Counted from the stretch's first letter, positions 9,843 through 19,784 are shown. The stretch is 64,000 bases of DNA from Nitrosopumilaceae archaeon (GCA_965203465.1 CBDBCR010000003.1:192001-256000), one strand, 5' to 3'. The notes: a model not told the origin generated them from the letters alone. A program made the numbers and translations.

Positions 9843-10244
9843 GCCCCTGTGCATGCAGGGTATGATTTAAGGGCATCTCACTTAACAAGGTTAATCGCGT
9901 GAACAAGATCAATAAAGTAAAGATGCGCCAAGCCGCGGACAACACTGGGATCCACGTAGCCCCGGCAGGCTGCGATGTCAAGAGGGCGTCCGATCCGCTG
10001 ATGGCCACGCATGCCGATGCCCTGTCGTGCACGTGCGTGACAACTATGCCACCGCCAAGTTTCTAGACGTGGTTTGCCGAGAACCAAATCTACGTCAACG
10101 TATCCACGGGCAGAGATCACCGCGATAGCCGGATGCCGTCGTGCATGGCGTGGTGCGCAGCGCCGTATTACGCGCCCTCGTATCAGAACAGATCCGTCTC
10201 CAGACACGAGAAGTCATGCGTAATTACTCTCAGTTCGCGTATCC

Positions 10245-10495
10245 ATGCCTAGAAAACGCGAACATGGGCATTTACGCATGACTTCTACGGAGTACGTAAT
10301 GGGGCTATTCTGGCGATCATTGAAAAATCGCCTCCCCTTCTGCATGTCAGGCAGGCATGAAACGGAATCTTCCATGACCGGCAGAATAGATCCAATGGAA
10401 GAGCGGAAGTTCGTCTCTGAAGGCCAGCGGGCGCAGAAGCGAAGTGCGGGTTACCGAGCAGGGCAAAAAAGCGCTCAAAATATTCGGCACATCGT
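10245..10495 (+). pseudogene. Possible decayed winged-helix regulator
   Basis: Fragments in different frames: MEERKFVSEG... and VTEQGKKALKIFGTS*, resembling the wHTH 'T.KG..L' wing motif. Confidence 0.25.
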
Positions 10496-10817
10496 AGAGT
10501 GTGCGCTCTGCGCCAGACGGGTTTACCAGACACGTTGGCCGGTTGTGCGATGCCAGTGAAGGTATCTGGTAGCCCAACACGTCACGTTATGCGTGACTGC
10601 CGACATTCTGACAGAGGCGGCGTTTTGCGTGTCGAGTTCATGCGCTTGCCTCCGATCAGGCAATTCCGGCAACTCCCGGCCGCCCCTGCGAGCCAGCATT
10701 TCCGGCAATGCGCTTTTCGACTGCGAGACGTTCGGTGAACGCGTCGTCTGCCACGGCCAGACATCCCGCGTCGTAGTGGCAAGAGCGTTGCGCACGTGCC
10801 TCTGCCGCCTGCCGCGT

Positions 10818-11312
10818 TCAGGCCCGCCCTATCTTCTTTTTGTAGTACGCTTTGGTCTCTTCGTCAGGAATGACGGTGTGAAACGCGCGCGGTCTGTAGT
10901 GCTTCTTCCACGGAGTGTCGCTTGCGTGGGTGAGCGCTATGAGGCGGTTGCCGGACAGTTTTCCGTAGACGTCTATGACGGCGTCCAGTATCTCGCGCCT
11001 TTTTTCGTCTATCCTGCTCTTGAAAAAGTCCAACCGGTCTCCGAATTCAGGCTTGCCAAACGCCGTGCCGCAGTATTCCAACGACTGGATGGGATCCGAT
11101 TCGTGGTCTCTCAGCGCGAAATACAGCGACGGAAATACCGGCCCGTACCTCCACGCCTGGGCCTTTTCCCTGACCAGAGGCACGTCGAGCGCCGCCAGCG
11201 AGTACCCGTGGGCGATGTACGCCGTTTTGATTACTTGGAGCGAGGTCACGCTTGCCTTGCTGTTCGCTATTATGTAGTCGGCAACAAGCAACGCCGAATA
11301 ACCCCCGTCCAT
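10818..11312 (-). CDS. Panacea/SocA (DUF4065) antitoxin-domain protein
   Basis: VADYII...TSLQVIKTAYIAHG...AQAWRYGPVFPSLY...LIALTHASDTPW...IPDEETKAYY. Confidence 0.85.
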   Translation of the reverse strand: MDGGYSALLVADYIIANSKASVTSLQVIKTAYIAHGYSLAALDVPLVREKAQAWRYGPVFPSLYFALRDHESDPIQSLEYCGTAFGKPEFGDRLDFFKSRIDEKRREILDAVIDVYGKLSGNRLIALTHASDTPWKKHYRPRAFHTVIPDEETKAYYKKKIGRA

Positions 11313-11533
11313 CGTGCATCTGCACAAAAGCCCGTATTAAAAGATGGTTCGGCAGGTTTTGTTCGGTAGCTGGCGGCTGGTGCCTGCGCTAGGCGGCTTC
11401 CCGTCTGATCGGCTTTCCCCAGATGCCGAACCCGGTTGCGCGGCGGCACGCCCAGGAAAAGCTGCATGCCCGACGGTCTGGCCGGCCGCCCCGACTGCGG
11501 ACAGCATTGCGGATCTGTCGGCGTCCCGTCCGC

Positions 11534-12592
11534 TCACGACACGGCCTCAAGCACCGCCTCGGCGACTTCCGAGACCTGCCCGTCCTCGAGCTGCGGGTAC
11601 GAAGGAAGGGACAGTACCTGCTCGCAGAAAGACTCCGCGCGCGGCAGGGACGCGCTGCCGGCGAACACGGGCTGCCTGTGTATGGGCGTGGCGTAGTGTA
11701 CGATGGTCCCTATCTCCTTCGACTTCAGGTGCCTCCGTATCCGATCCCTGCCCGCGTGCTTTAGTACTATCTGGTGAAAGACCGACTTTCCGCGCGGGTT
11801 TTCCCGCAGAAGGCGGCCGCCGCCCAGTTTTTTCCGGTACAGCTCGGCTATCCGGCGCCTCCTGGAGTTGGCCCCGTCCAGTCCGGACAGCTGCACCCTG
11901 CCGGCCGCCGCGTTGACCGTGTTCAGCCTCATGGTGTACCCCAGCCTCTCGTGCACGGTCGGATCGCCGGCGGCTCTGCCGTTGTCCCGCATCGAGGCGA
12001 CCGCCGAGGCCAGTTCCTCGTCGTCGGTGGTCACCATGCCGCCGTCGCCCATCACGGTCATGTTCTTTGTCGTGTAGAACGAAAAGCAGCCGGCCCTTCC
12101 GAGGCTGCCGCACTTTCTGCCGCCGAACTCGGCGCCGTGCGCCTGGCACGCGTCCTCCACTACGGGTATGCCCTCGTCCTCGGCGTACGACGAGACCGCG
12201 TCCCAGTCGCACGGGTTGCCGTAGATGTGCACTGGCACCAGCGCGCTCGGCCGCCCCCCGCACGTGGAAACGTCGATGTTCCCGTCCGACTCGTGTATGT
12301 CGCACAGCAGGGGCCGCGCGCCGGCCGCCAGTATGCAGCTTGCAGACGCCACGAACGAGTTGGTGGACGTGGCCACCGCGCCCCCCGCGGAGACGCCCAG
12401 CGCCGCGAGGCACAGGTGCAGCGCCGAGTTCCCCGAATTCACCGAGACCGCGCGCTTGGTCCCCACGTACCTGGCAAACTCCTCTTCGAACTTGTAGACG
12501 CTCTCGCCCATGACCAGCTTTTCGTTGCGCAGCGCGTCGGTCATGGCCTCGACGGTCTCCGGCGTCACCGACGGCACGAAGAACGGTATCAC
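11534..12592 (-). CDS. DegT/DnrJ/EryC1/StrS PLP-dependent sugar aminotransferase
   Basis: FEEEFARYVG, NSGNSAL, EDACQAHG, FSFYTTKN, GDGGMV. Confidence 0.9.
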   Translation of the reverse strand: MIPFFVPSVTPETVEAMTDALRNEKLVMGESVYKFEEEFARYVGTKRAVSVNSGNSALHLCLAALGVSAGGAVATSTNSFVASASCILAAGARPLLCDIHESDGNIDVSTCGGRPSALVPVHIYGNPCDWDAVSSYAEDEGIPVVEDACQAHGAEFGGRKCGSLGRAGCFSFYTTKNMTVMGDGGMVTTDDEELASAVASMRDNGRAAGDPTVHERLGYTMRLNTVNAAAGRVQLSGLDGANSRRRRIAELYRKKLGGGRLLRENPRGKSVFHQIVLKHAGRDRIRRHLKSKEIGTIVHYATPIHRQPVFAGSASLPRAESFCEQVLSLPSYPQLEDGQVSEVAEAVLEAVS

Positions 12593-12663
12593 GCGGCGGC
12601 CGGCCCCGGGTTTCAATATATAACATGGGCCGCCGGCTTGCGCGGGCGCGCCGCCTGCCATAT

Positions 12664-13122
12664 ATGCAGGGCGCGCGGGCGCGCCGCGTTGCGAGGCGAA
12701 GCGCGGGGCGCATCCGCGCCGGCGCCCCCGGGTCGGTCAGGACCAAGAGCGTCTATGCGCCGAAGGAGCGGGGGGACGGGATCCGGGTGCTGGTCACCAG
12801 GTTCTACCCGCGCGGCGTCAAAAAGGATCACTTTGACAGGTGGTGCAGGGATCTTGCGCCCGGCGCGCAGCTGCTCAGGGAATACAGGGGCGGGTTCGCG
12901 GGCCGCGAGGCGTTCTGCGCCGCCTTCAGGGGGCAGCTGCGCGGGGGCAGCGCGGCGTCGGCCATGGCAGGTCTGCGCGCAGAATCGCGGCGCCGGCCCG
13001 TGACCCTGCTGTGCTACGAGCCGTCCGGCGCCTTTTGCCACCGGCACCTGCTCAGGGAGATCCTCGCCAACCCGTCCCTGATCCGCAAAGACTTCGAGCC
13101 CGGCTACGACGACCCCGGATGA
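12664..13122 (+). CDS. DUF488/YeaO-family protein (start uncertain)
   Basis: KSVYAPKERGDGIRVLVTRFYPRGVKK...DLAP...VTLLCYE...CHRHLL. Confidence 0.75.
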   Translation: MQGARARRVARRSAGRIRAGAPGSVRTKSVYAPKERGDGIRVLVTRFYPRGVKKDHFDRWCRDLAPGAQLLREYRGGFAGREAFCAAFRGQLRGGSAASAMAGLRAESRRRPVTLLCYEPSGAFCHRHLLREILANPSLIRKDFEPGYDDPG

Positions 13123-14378
13123 GGGCCGGCCCCGCCGGCGAGCTCGCGCGCGCGCGACATCGAGACGTCGCCCTCCGAGGCCATCTGCTCCGCTATCCGG
13201 TCGGCCTCGCCGGCCCGGGCGCCGGCCGCCGCGGCCAGGTTGCGCGCGTGCAGGCGCATGTGCCCCTTTTGTATGCCGTCGGTCGCAAGGGCCAGCATGG
13301 CGGCCAGGTTCTGGGCCAGCCCCGCCGAGGCCATGACGCACGCCAGGTCGGCCGCGCCCGACGCCCCGCACACCGCGATGCAGGCCGCCGCGGTCGGGTG
13401 CGCGCCCGATATCCCGCCCACGGTGCCCACCGGCATCGGCAGCTCGACGCTGCCGCGCAGGTTGCCGCCCTCCACGCTCCACTCCGAGAGCGACGAGTAC
13501 GCCCCTCCCCTCGCGGCGTACGCGTGCGCCGCCGCCTCGACCGCGCGCGTGTCCTGCCCCGTCGCCGTGGCCACCGCGGCCACGCCGTTCATGATGCCCT
13601 TGTTGTGCGTGACGGCCCGGTACACGTCGTGCTTTGCGAACAAAAAGGCGGACACCACGTCGCGCGCGGCCCGCTCGCCGCCCATCATCCGCGCGTCGAA
13701 GGTGGCAGAGGCGCGCGCCAGCCGCCTAGTCGAATAGTTTGACAGTATCCGCAGCAGCGCCCGCCCGCCGGTCAGCTCCGATACGAGCGGCGCGACGGCC
13801 TCGCACATGGCGTTGGTCACGTTGGCCCCCATGGCGTCGCCCACGTCGACGAGCAGCTCCACGGAGAGCATGGGCTGCCCCTCCGCGTCTATCTGCCTGC
13901 ACGAGACGCGCTTGGCGCCCCTGCCCAGGCGCGCCAGCGTCGAGCTGCACGCGTTGGCCGCCTCCAGTATGCGCCCCGACTCCGAGAGGACGGCGGCGGC
14001 AGCGTCGGGCCGCGCCCCGAGCACCTGCACCTGCCCCGTGCTGTACGATTCGGGGCACTCTGCTCTGAAACCCCCGTGCGGCCTTGCCAGCTTTGCCGCC
14101 TTGGAGGCGGCGGCGACCACGGAGGGCTCCTCGACCGCCATGGGCACCAGCGTCTCTTTGCCGTTGATGACGAAGTTTGTCGCCACCCCCAGGGGCAGCG
14201 CGAAGGTGCCCAGCGCGTTCTCGGTCATGCGCTCGGCCCGCTCGTAGTCCAGGCCCCCGTCGGGCGAGCGGAGGGCGCCGGCCTGCCCTTCGGAGAGGCC
14301 GGCCAGCTCGCGCACGGCCTCGAGCCGCTCGTCGCGCGTCCTCTTGTGGAATCCGGGCAGCGAGCTCAGGCCCCTCAC
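13104..14378 (-). CDS. mvaA: HMG-CoA reductase, class II
   Basis: ENALG, PMAVEEPSVVAAAS, DAMGAN, RILSN, RAVTHNKGIMNG, GIQKGHMRLHARN. Confidence 0.9.
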   Translation of the reverse strand: MRGLSSLPGFHKRTRDERLEAVRELAGLSEGQAGALRSPDGGLDYERAERMTENALGTFALPLGVATNFVINGKETLVPMAVEEPSVVAAASKAAKLARPHGGFRAECPESYSTGQVQVLGARPDAAAAVLSESGRILEAANACSSTLARLGRGAKRVSCRQIDAEGQPMLSVELLVDVGDAMGANVTNAMCEAVAPLVSELTGGRALLRILSNYSTRRLARASATFDARMMGGERAARDVVSAFLFAKHDVYRAVTHNKGIMNGVAAVATATGQDTRAVEAAAHAYAARGGAYSSLSEWSVEGGNLRGSVELPMPVGTVGGISGAHPTAAACIAVCGASGAADLACVMASAGLAQNLAAMLALATDGIQKGHMRLHARNLAAAAGARAGEADRIAEQMASEGDVSMSRARELAGGAGPHPGSS

Positions 14379-15490
14379 CTCAGTATCCGCAGCAGGCGGT
14401 CGTCGTCGCCCGACGGGAACCCCCGCCCGTCGGTGTTGGACGTGAGTATGTACACGTCCCCGCCGGGCCCCTGCGCCACGTCCCTGATGCGCCCCACGCC
14501 GCTGAGCACTATCTTTTGCGAGTGCAGTCCCGGATCGGAGGTATCCAGCGAGTACAGGTTGGAGGCGCGCAGCGAGGCCATCAGCAGCCGGCCGTCGAGG
14601 CCGTCGATCCCGCCCCTGTACGCGGCGATGCCGCCCGGCTCGATCGCCGGATCGTAGCAGAGGATCGGATCCTCGTACCCCTCCCCGGAGCACTCCTGCT
14701 CGGGCCAGCCGTAGTTGCGCCCGGGCAGCACGACGTTGATCTCGTCGTTCTTGGTGGGGCCCGCGTCTGAGACGTAAAAGTTGCCCGCCCCGTCCCAGGC
14801 CATCCCCTGCGGGTTGCGGAAGCCCGAGGCGAACACGTGCGAGCCGCCCTCCGGGTTGGTCTCGGGGACCGACCCGTCGTCTGACATGCGCAGTATCTTG
14901 CCGGCAGGCGAGCCCGGATCCTGCGGCAGGTGCGACGAATCCGAGACCGAGCCGGTCGCCACGTACAGGTAGCCGTCGGGGCCGAACTTTATGGCCCCGC
15001 CGTTGCTGAACTCCGAGCCGGGTATGCGATCGAGCAGCGTCCTGGCCGAGGCCAGCCGGTCGCCCGACTCGGTGAACGAGACCACCTTGTTCCAGAGCCG
15101 GCCGTCCTCGACGTACGTGTGGTACGCGTACAGCGTGCGGTTGGACTCAAAGTCGGGGTGGGCCGCTATGCCCAGCAGCCCCCCGTCGAAGGCGCGCGGG
15201 ACGCGGAACGAGGCCAGCGGGGCCTCGAGGACGCGGCCGTCCCTGTACACCAGGACGCGCCCGTCCCTCTCCGCGATGTATATGGCGCCGTCCCCGAAGG
15301 CCATGGAGCGCGGCCTGTCCAGGCCGGTGGCCAGCACCTCGACCGAGTCGTTGCCCTGCCGCGTCGTGAGCGGATCGGGCAGCGGCGGCGGCGCGCCCGG
15401 CGAGGCCAGTATCACCGCCGCGGCGGCCGCGGCGGCGGCGATGCCGGCTACGCGCAGGCGCTTGTCGAGCCCGCCCGGTTTTTCGGTCAT
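14375..15490 (-). CDS. PQQ-dependent sugar (glucose/sorbosone) dehydrogenase, membrane-anchored
   Basis: GGLLGIAAHPDF, GGAIKFGPDGYLY, GKILR, GFRNPQG, DEIN, GRNYGWP. Confidence 0.85.
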   Translation of the reverse strand: MTEKPGGLDKRLRVAGIAAAAAAAAVILASPGAPPPLPDPLTTRQGNDSVEVLATGLDRPRSMAFGDGAIYIAERDGRVLVYRDGRVLEAPLASFRVPRAFDGGLLGIAAHPDFESNRTLYAYHTYVEDGRLWNKVVSFTESGDRLASARTLLDRIPGSEFSNGGAIKFGPDGYLYVATGSVSDSSHLPQDPGSPAGKILRMSDDGSVPETNPEGGSHVFASGFRNPQGMAWDGAGNFYVSDAGPTKNDEINVVLPGRNYGWPEQECSGEGYEDPILCYDPAIEPGGIAAYRGGIDGLDGRLLMASLRASNLYSLDTSDPGLHSQKIVLSGVGRIRDVAQGPGGDVYILTSNTDGRGFPSGDDDRLLRILR

Positions 15491-15829
15491 GCCCACCCGG
15501 CCCAAGCGCCCATGCGCCGTCCGGGGCGCGCCGTGGTATAAAGCGTGGGGCCGGCGCGGATGCAAGAGTTTGGCCTCGCCCGAGCGGGCCGGTTCTGGCA
15601 TCGGGCGTGAAAACCCCGCGCCGGGCCGGCTGGGGGCGGCCGGCCGGCGGACGGACGGCCCGGGCTCGACGCGGCGCCCGCGCCCCGTTGCGCCTGCAGG
15701 CTCTGGAAAGCGCGGGACAGGCCGCCGTCCGAATCTCCGAACGGAGCGCTCTGCAGGGCGCCTAGCCGAGCTCGCCCCGGACCTGCCCGCATCCTAGATC
15801 TGCGCGGCCCCTCCGAACGCCGGATTTTT

Positions 15830-16318
15830 ATGGCTGGCCGTACCGGATACGCCGTGGGAGAAGCAAGCGCGAAAGTCGGGGATCTCGCGGAGCAGTTCGC
15901 GAACAAAGAGGCCCGCCTTCCAGAGGCGGTAGAAGACCGGGTGTCCAGGCTGGAAAGGCGGATGGAGCGCCAAGAGCGCGCCACCGACGAACTGCGGTTT
16001 CGGGCGAATTCGGGGTTCTCGCAGGAGCGCATCGACAAAGTCGTAGAGTACATGGAAGGCGCGTTCGGCGAACTGGAGGGCGTGGAGCAAATCCGCTACC
16101 TGATCTTGGAGGACGGGACGTGGCGCGTGCTCGCAATCCACTCCATGGAAGACAGGGTGGAGGCGCTGAAGCGCGTCTGCAAAAAATCCGTCCAAGTCGA
16201 GAGGGCGTTCGGGGGCATGGACGTCTTGTCTCTGGTGATGCACAAGACGGAAGTGCTCCCCGAGCACCTTGCGGGCACCAAGGCGGTTTTTGCCAGGGGA
16301 GGCGCAGATCGCCGATGA
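15830..16318 (+). CDS. Hypothetical protein, possibly divergent MNT-fold antitoxin
   Basis: 162-aa ORF with coiled-coil N-terminus and alpha/beta C-terminus. Coupled (ATGA) to a HEPN-like gene. Confidence 0.5.
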   Translation: MAGRTGYAVGEASAKVGDLAEQFANKEARLPEAVEDRVSRLERRMERQERATDELRFRANSGFSQERIDKVVEYMEGAFGELEGVEQIRYLILEDGTWRVLAIHSMEDRVEALKRVCKKSVQVERAFGGMDVLSLVMHKTEVLPEHLAGTKAVFARGGADRR

Positions 16319-16662
16319 GCTGGCACGCCAAGCAAAGATCCCACAACCACGACGTGCAGCGGATCTTGTCGAAGCACCCCCTGTGCAGGGACTGGAAAAT
16401 CACCGCGCTGTTCTATTCCCTGCTCCACATGATCGACGGGTGTATGATCTCTATAGGCGCGGAACCACAAAACCACAGCCATCGCAGATGTCTCGTTAGG
16501 CAACATCTCCCCCACATCTACGAAGATTACGACCGTTTTTACAACCTGTGCCTGAGGGCGAGGTACTTGGCCCTGTTCGACAGTATAACGGAGGGCGAAA
16601 GGCAACACGCCGTGGAGCTGCACGGATCCATATGCGCCCGCGTACAGAGCAAGATGCCGTAG
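16315..16662 (+). CDS. HEPN-like protein
   Basis: DWKITALFYSLLH...PQNHSHR...YDRFYNLCLRARY pattern, 115 aa. Confidence 0.6.
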   Translation: MSWHAKQRSHNHDVQRILSKHPLCRDWKITALFYSLLHMIDGCMISIGAEPQNHSHRRCLVRQHLPHIYEDYDRFYNLCLRARYLALFDSITEGERQHAVELHGSICARVQSKMP

Positions 16663-16921
16663 GCGGCGCTGAAAGATCCCGCAGCGGGGCCAAGTTTTTG
16701 CGTCCGCCGGTTTTGGCGTTGTTTACGCCGTAGGCCAAAGCGCGCCGTTCCGCGTAAAATGCCTGCGACGTGAGGAGCCGCGCGCGGCCGGCCGAGGCTA
16801 AACCCATACGGCGCGGAGTTCGGGCAGGCCGGCAAGATCCCGGGCCGGGCATGCTGTTTGTGCACCAGACGGCCACGAGCCGCCGGCAACACATTAAGCG
16901 GCCCCCGCGCGGCCGCGCTGC

Positions 16922-17545
16922 GTGCACAGCTGCGCCAGCGGGCTCGTCATGGCCGGCGGGCGCGGCTCGCGCATGGGCAATTCAAAAAAGCTGCTCGCGC
17001 TGTACGGCGGGCGCGAGTCGGTGCTGCGCGTCGCGGACGCCATGGCAGGTTCGGGCCGGATAGGCTGCGTAAGGGCGGCGGTCTCGCCACACGCCCCGCG
17101 CGCGCGCGCCCTGCTAGAATCGCGCGGCGTCGAGACCGTAGAGACGCCCGGCCGCGGCTACCCGCTCGACATGGCCGCGGCGCTCTCCGGGGCGGAGCTG
17201 CCCGCGATGGTCGTGCCCGGGGACATGCCCGCGATGGACGCCGGCGCCGTGCGCCAGATACTCGACGCGTGCGACCCGTCTGCTCCCTGGACCAGCGTCG
17301 TGTGCGACGCCGGCTTTGCAGAAAAGATCGGCGCCGAGCCGGGCCCGTGCGCGCCGGGCGGCAGGGTTTACTCCGGGATATCGGTGGTCGGCGCGCGCGT
17401 GCCGGAGGGCGAGGCGACCGAGACGCTGCTGGTGTACAACGACGCGCGCGCCGCGTTCAGCCTGAACCGCCCCCGGGATCTGGGCCTACTCTGCGCTGCC
17501 CGAGGCGGTGCCGCTGATGCGGGCCGCCGAGCCGGTCGGCCGTGA
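16922..17545 (+). CDS. cobY: CobY/MobA-like nucleotidyltransferase (probable adenosylcobinamide-phosphate guanylyltransferase)
   Basis: VMAGGRGSRMG..KKLL, ETPGRGYPLD, PGDMP, LNRPRDL. Confidence 0.7.
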   Translation: MHSCASGLVMAGGRGSRMGNSKKLLALYGGRESVLRVADAMAGSGRIGCVRAAVSPHAPRARALLESRGVETVETPGRGYPLDMAAALSGAELPAMVVPGDMPAMDAGAVRQILDACDPSAPWTSVVCDAGFAEKIGAEPGPCAPGGRVYSGISVVGARVPEGEATETLLVYNDARAAFSLNRPRDLGLLCAARGGAADAGRRAGRP

Positions 17546-17683
17546 TATCGGGTTGCCGCACGAGTTGCACGCCACCTCGGTGGTCGCGTGCGAGTACACC
17601 ACCTGCTCCTCGCCGCACTCGGCGCAGTTCACCCTGTTGAACCTGCTGCTCGGCTCGGGCACCGGTATCCTGGACCTCCTCAT
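17486..17683 (-). CDS. rps27e: 30S ribosomal protein eS27
   Basis: PEPSSRFNRVNCAECGEEQVVYSHA...CNSCG..ISRPTG. Confidence 0.93.
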   Translation of the reverse strand: MRRSRIPVPEPSSRFNRVNCAECGEEQVVYSHATTEVACNSCGNPISRPTGSAARISGTASGSAE

Positions 17684-17961
17684 GCTGCCACCAACTCGAA
17701 CTTTTTGATCCGGATGCCGGTCTTGTTGAACTTTTTCTTGCACGCCGTGCAGGTGAGCATGGGGGTGACCTTTTTGGTGACCTTTGCCGGCTTTGCCAGT
17801 TTCGGGAACTTTTGGCCGCCGTACCCGCGCTTGCGCTCGGCGTGGCGCCTCTCGCCCCTGGCAGAGCCGCGCCTCTTGCCGGCCTTGTATATGGAGACCT
17901 TTTGCTCGGTGTGCGTCCTGCACTTTGGGCAGTACTTGCGCACCAGCTTGGGTATGTTCAC
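17680..17961 (-). CDS. rpl44e: 50S ribosomal protein L44e
   Basis: IPKLVRKYCPKCRTHT...GYGGQKFP...KVTKK...CTAC. Confidence 0.95.
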   Translation of the reverse strand: MNIPKLVRKYCPKCRTHTEQKVSIYKAGKRRGSARGERRHAERKRGYGGQKFPKLAKPAKVTKKVTPMLTCTACKKKFNKTGIRIKKFELVAA

Positions 17962-18029
17962 GCAATCGGCGGCCGGCGGCCATAATTTAAGCATACACGC
18001 TTAATAGGGCGCCGGCCCCTCCCGCCTGC

Positions 18030-19784
18030 GTGCCGCTCGCCCCCCCTGAAAAGGCCAGTATGGTCGCCATGGGGGAGCTCGGCGCCGACCTGGTGGTGAG
18101 GGGCGCGAGCGTGGTCTCGGTGTACACCGGCGAGATACTCGAGGATACGGACGTGGCCGTGGCCGGCGACACGATAGCGTACGTGGGGCCGGATGCCTCG
18201 CACGCGCGGGGCCGGCGCACGCGCACCGTAGAGGCGCGCGGCAGGTACCTTGCCCCGGGCCTGGCGGATCCGCACACGCACATAGACCAGTTCGTGCTGC
18301 CCTCCGAGGCGGTCGGGCGGTCGCTGCTGCGCGGCGTCACGTCGATCTTTTCCGATCCCATAGACGCGGTGGCCGTGGCCGGGGCTCGCGGCTTTGCCGA
18401 GTTCCGCAGGCTCTGCTCGGGCCTCCCGGCGCGCGTCTTCAACGCGGTGCCCGGCGGCCTGCCGGTGGACCCCGAGTTCGGGCACGGAAAGACCCTCTCG
18501 CCGGCGCGGGCGCGCGCCGCTATGCGCGAGCCGGACGTGCCCTGCCTCGGCGAGGTCTTTTCGTGGACGCGCGTGACCTCGCGCGATCCGGCCACCATGG
18601 AACTGGTCTCGGCGGTGCTCGACTCGGGGTGCCCGGTCAACGGGCACACCGCGGGCGCGTCGGGGAAAAAGCTAAACGCGTACGTCGGCTCGGGCATAAT
18701 CTCGTGCCACGAGCCGATAGACTTCGGGCAGGCGGCCGAGAGGCTGCGGCTCGGCATGTGGGTCATGGTCAGGGAGGGCTCCATCCGGCGCGACTTGGCC
18801 GCCATAATCTCTGAGGTGGTCTCGCGCGGCCTGCGCACCGACCGCGTCATGTTCTGCTCGGACGGCCTCGATCCGCGCGAGCTCGAATCGACGGGGCACA
18901 TAGACCACTGCGTGCGCGAGGCGGTCCGGCTGGGCGTGCCGCCGGCCGAGGCAGTCATGATGGGATCGCGCAACTGCTTCGACTATTACGGCATGGGGGC
19001 GCGCCTTGGCGGCATCGCGCCGGGCAGGTTGGCCGACATGGTGCTGGCCGACGACGTGGAAGACTTTAGGCCGTCGGACGTGTTCGTCGGCGGCAGGCAG
19101 GTGGTCTCGTCGGGCAGGCTGGCCGTGCCGGTGCGGCGGCGCGCGCCGGGCCCGGCGCTGCGCGGGACCGTCAGGGCCGGGCGCGTATCGGAGCGCGACT
19201 TTGCCTTGCCGGCGGCGGGCGACGAGGCCGAGGCCAACGTGATCCGGCTCTCGACGCCGATAGTCACGTCGCTGGAGCGGCGCGCCGTCCCGGTCATAAA
19301 CGGGAGCGCCTCGGCAGATCCGGCCGGCGGCGTCTGCAAGGTCGCCGCCTTTGACAGGTCGGGGCGCACGCGCGCGCGCGCCGTGGGTTTCCTAGCCGGC
19401 ATGGGGCTCGAGTCGGGGGCGCTCGCATCGACGTGGAACTTTCACGAAAACGACCTGCTCGTGGTCGGCGCGGACGATGCGGACATGGCCGCCGCGGCCA
19501 ACGCGGTCTCGGGCGGCGGGCTGGCCGCGGTGCGCGGGGGCCGCGTGGTGGCGCGCCTGCGCCTGCAGGCCGGCGGCATCATGTCCACGGGCAGTTTCGA
19601 GTCGGCCGCGCGCGGGCTGGACGCGTTCGAGGAGGCGGCGCGCTCCATGGGCTGCCCCCATCCGCACCCGCACGTGCCTATTATCTTCCTGCCCTTCCTT
19701 GCGCTGCCGCAGGTGCGCATACTGCACAGCGGCGTAATAGACGTGCGCAGGCGCGAGCGGATAGAGCCGCTGGTCGCGGCGTGA
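18030..19784 (+). CDS. ade: Adenine deaminase
   Basis: PGLADPHTHID, GEV, NGH, CHE, REGS, CSDG, GHIDH, GGIAPGRLAD. Confidence 0.85.
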   Translation: MPLAPPEKASMVAMGELGADLVVRGASVVSVYTGEILEDTDVAVAGDTIAYVGPDASHARGRRTRTVEARGRYLAPGLADPHTHIDQFVLPSEAVGRSLLRGVTSIFSDPIDAVAVAGARGFAEFRRLCSGLPARVFNAVPGGLPVDPEFGHGKTLSPARARAAMREPDVPCLGEVFSWTRVTSRDPATMELVSAVLDSGCPVNGHTAGASGKKLNAYVGSGIISCHEPIDFGQAAERLRLGMWVMVREGSIRRDLAAIISEVVSRGLRTDRVMFCSDGLDPRELESTGHIDHCVREAVRLGVPPAEAVMMGSRNCFDYYGMGARLGGIAPGRLADMVLADDVEDFRPSDVFVGGRQVVSSGRLAVPVRRRAPGPALRGTVRAGRVSERDFALPAAGDEAEANVIRLSTPIVTSLERRAVPVINGSASADPAGGVCKVAAFDRSGRTRARAVGFLAGMGLESGALASTWNFHENDLLVVGADDADMAAAANAVSGGGLAAVRGGRVVARLRLQAGGIMSTGSFESAARGLDAFEEAARSMGCPHPHPHVPIIFLPFLALPQVRILHSGVIDVRRRERIEPLVAA

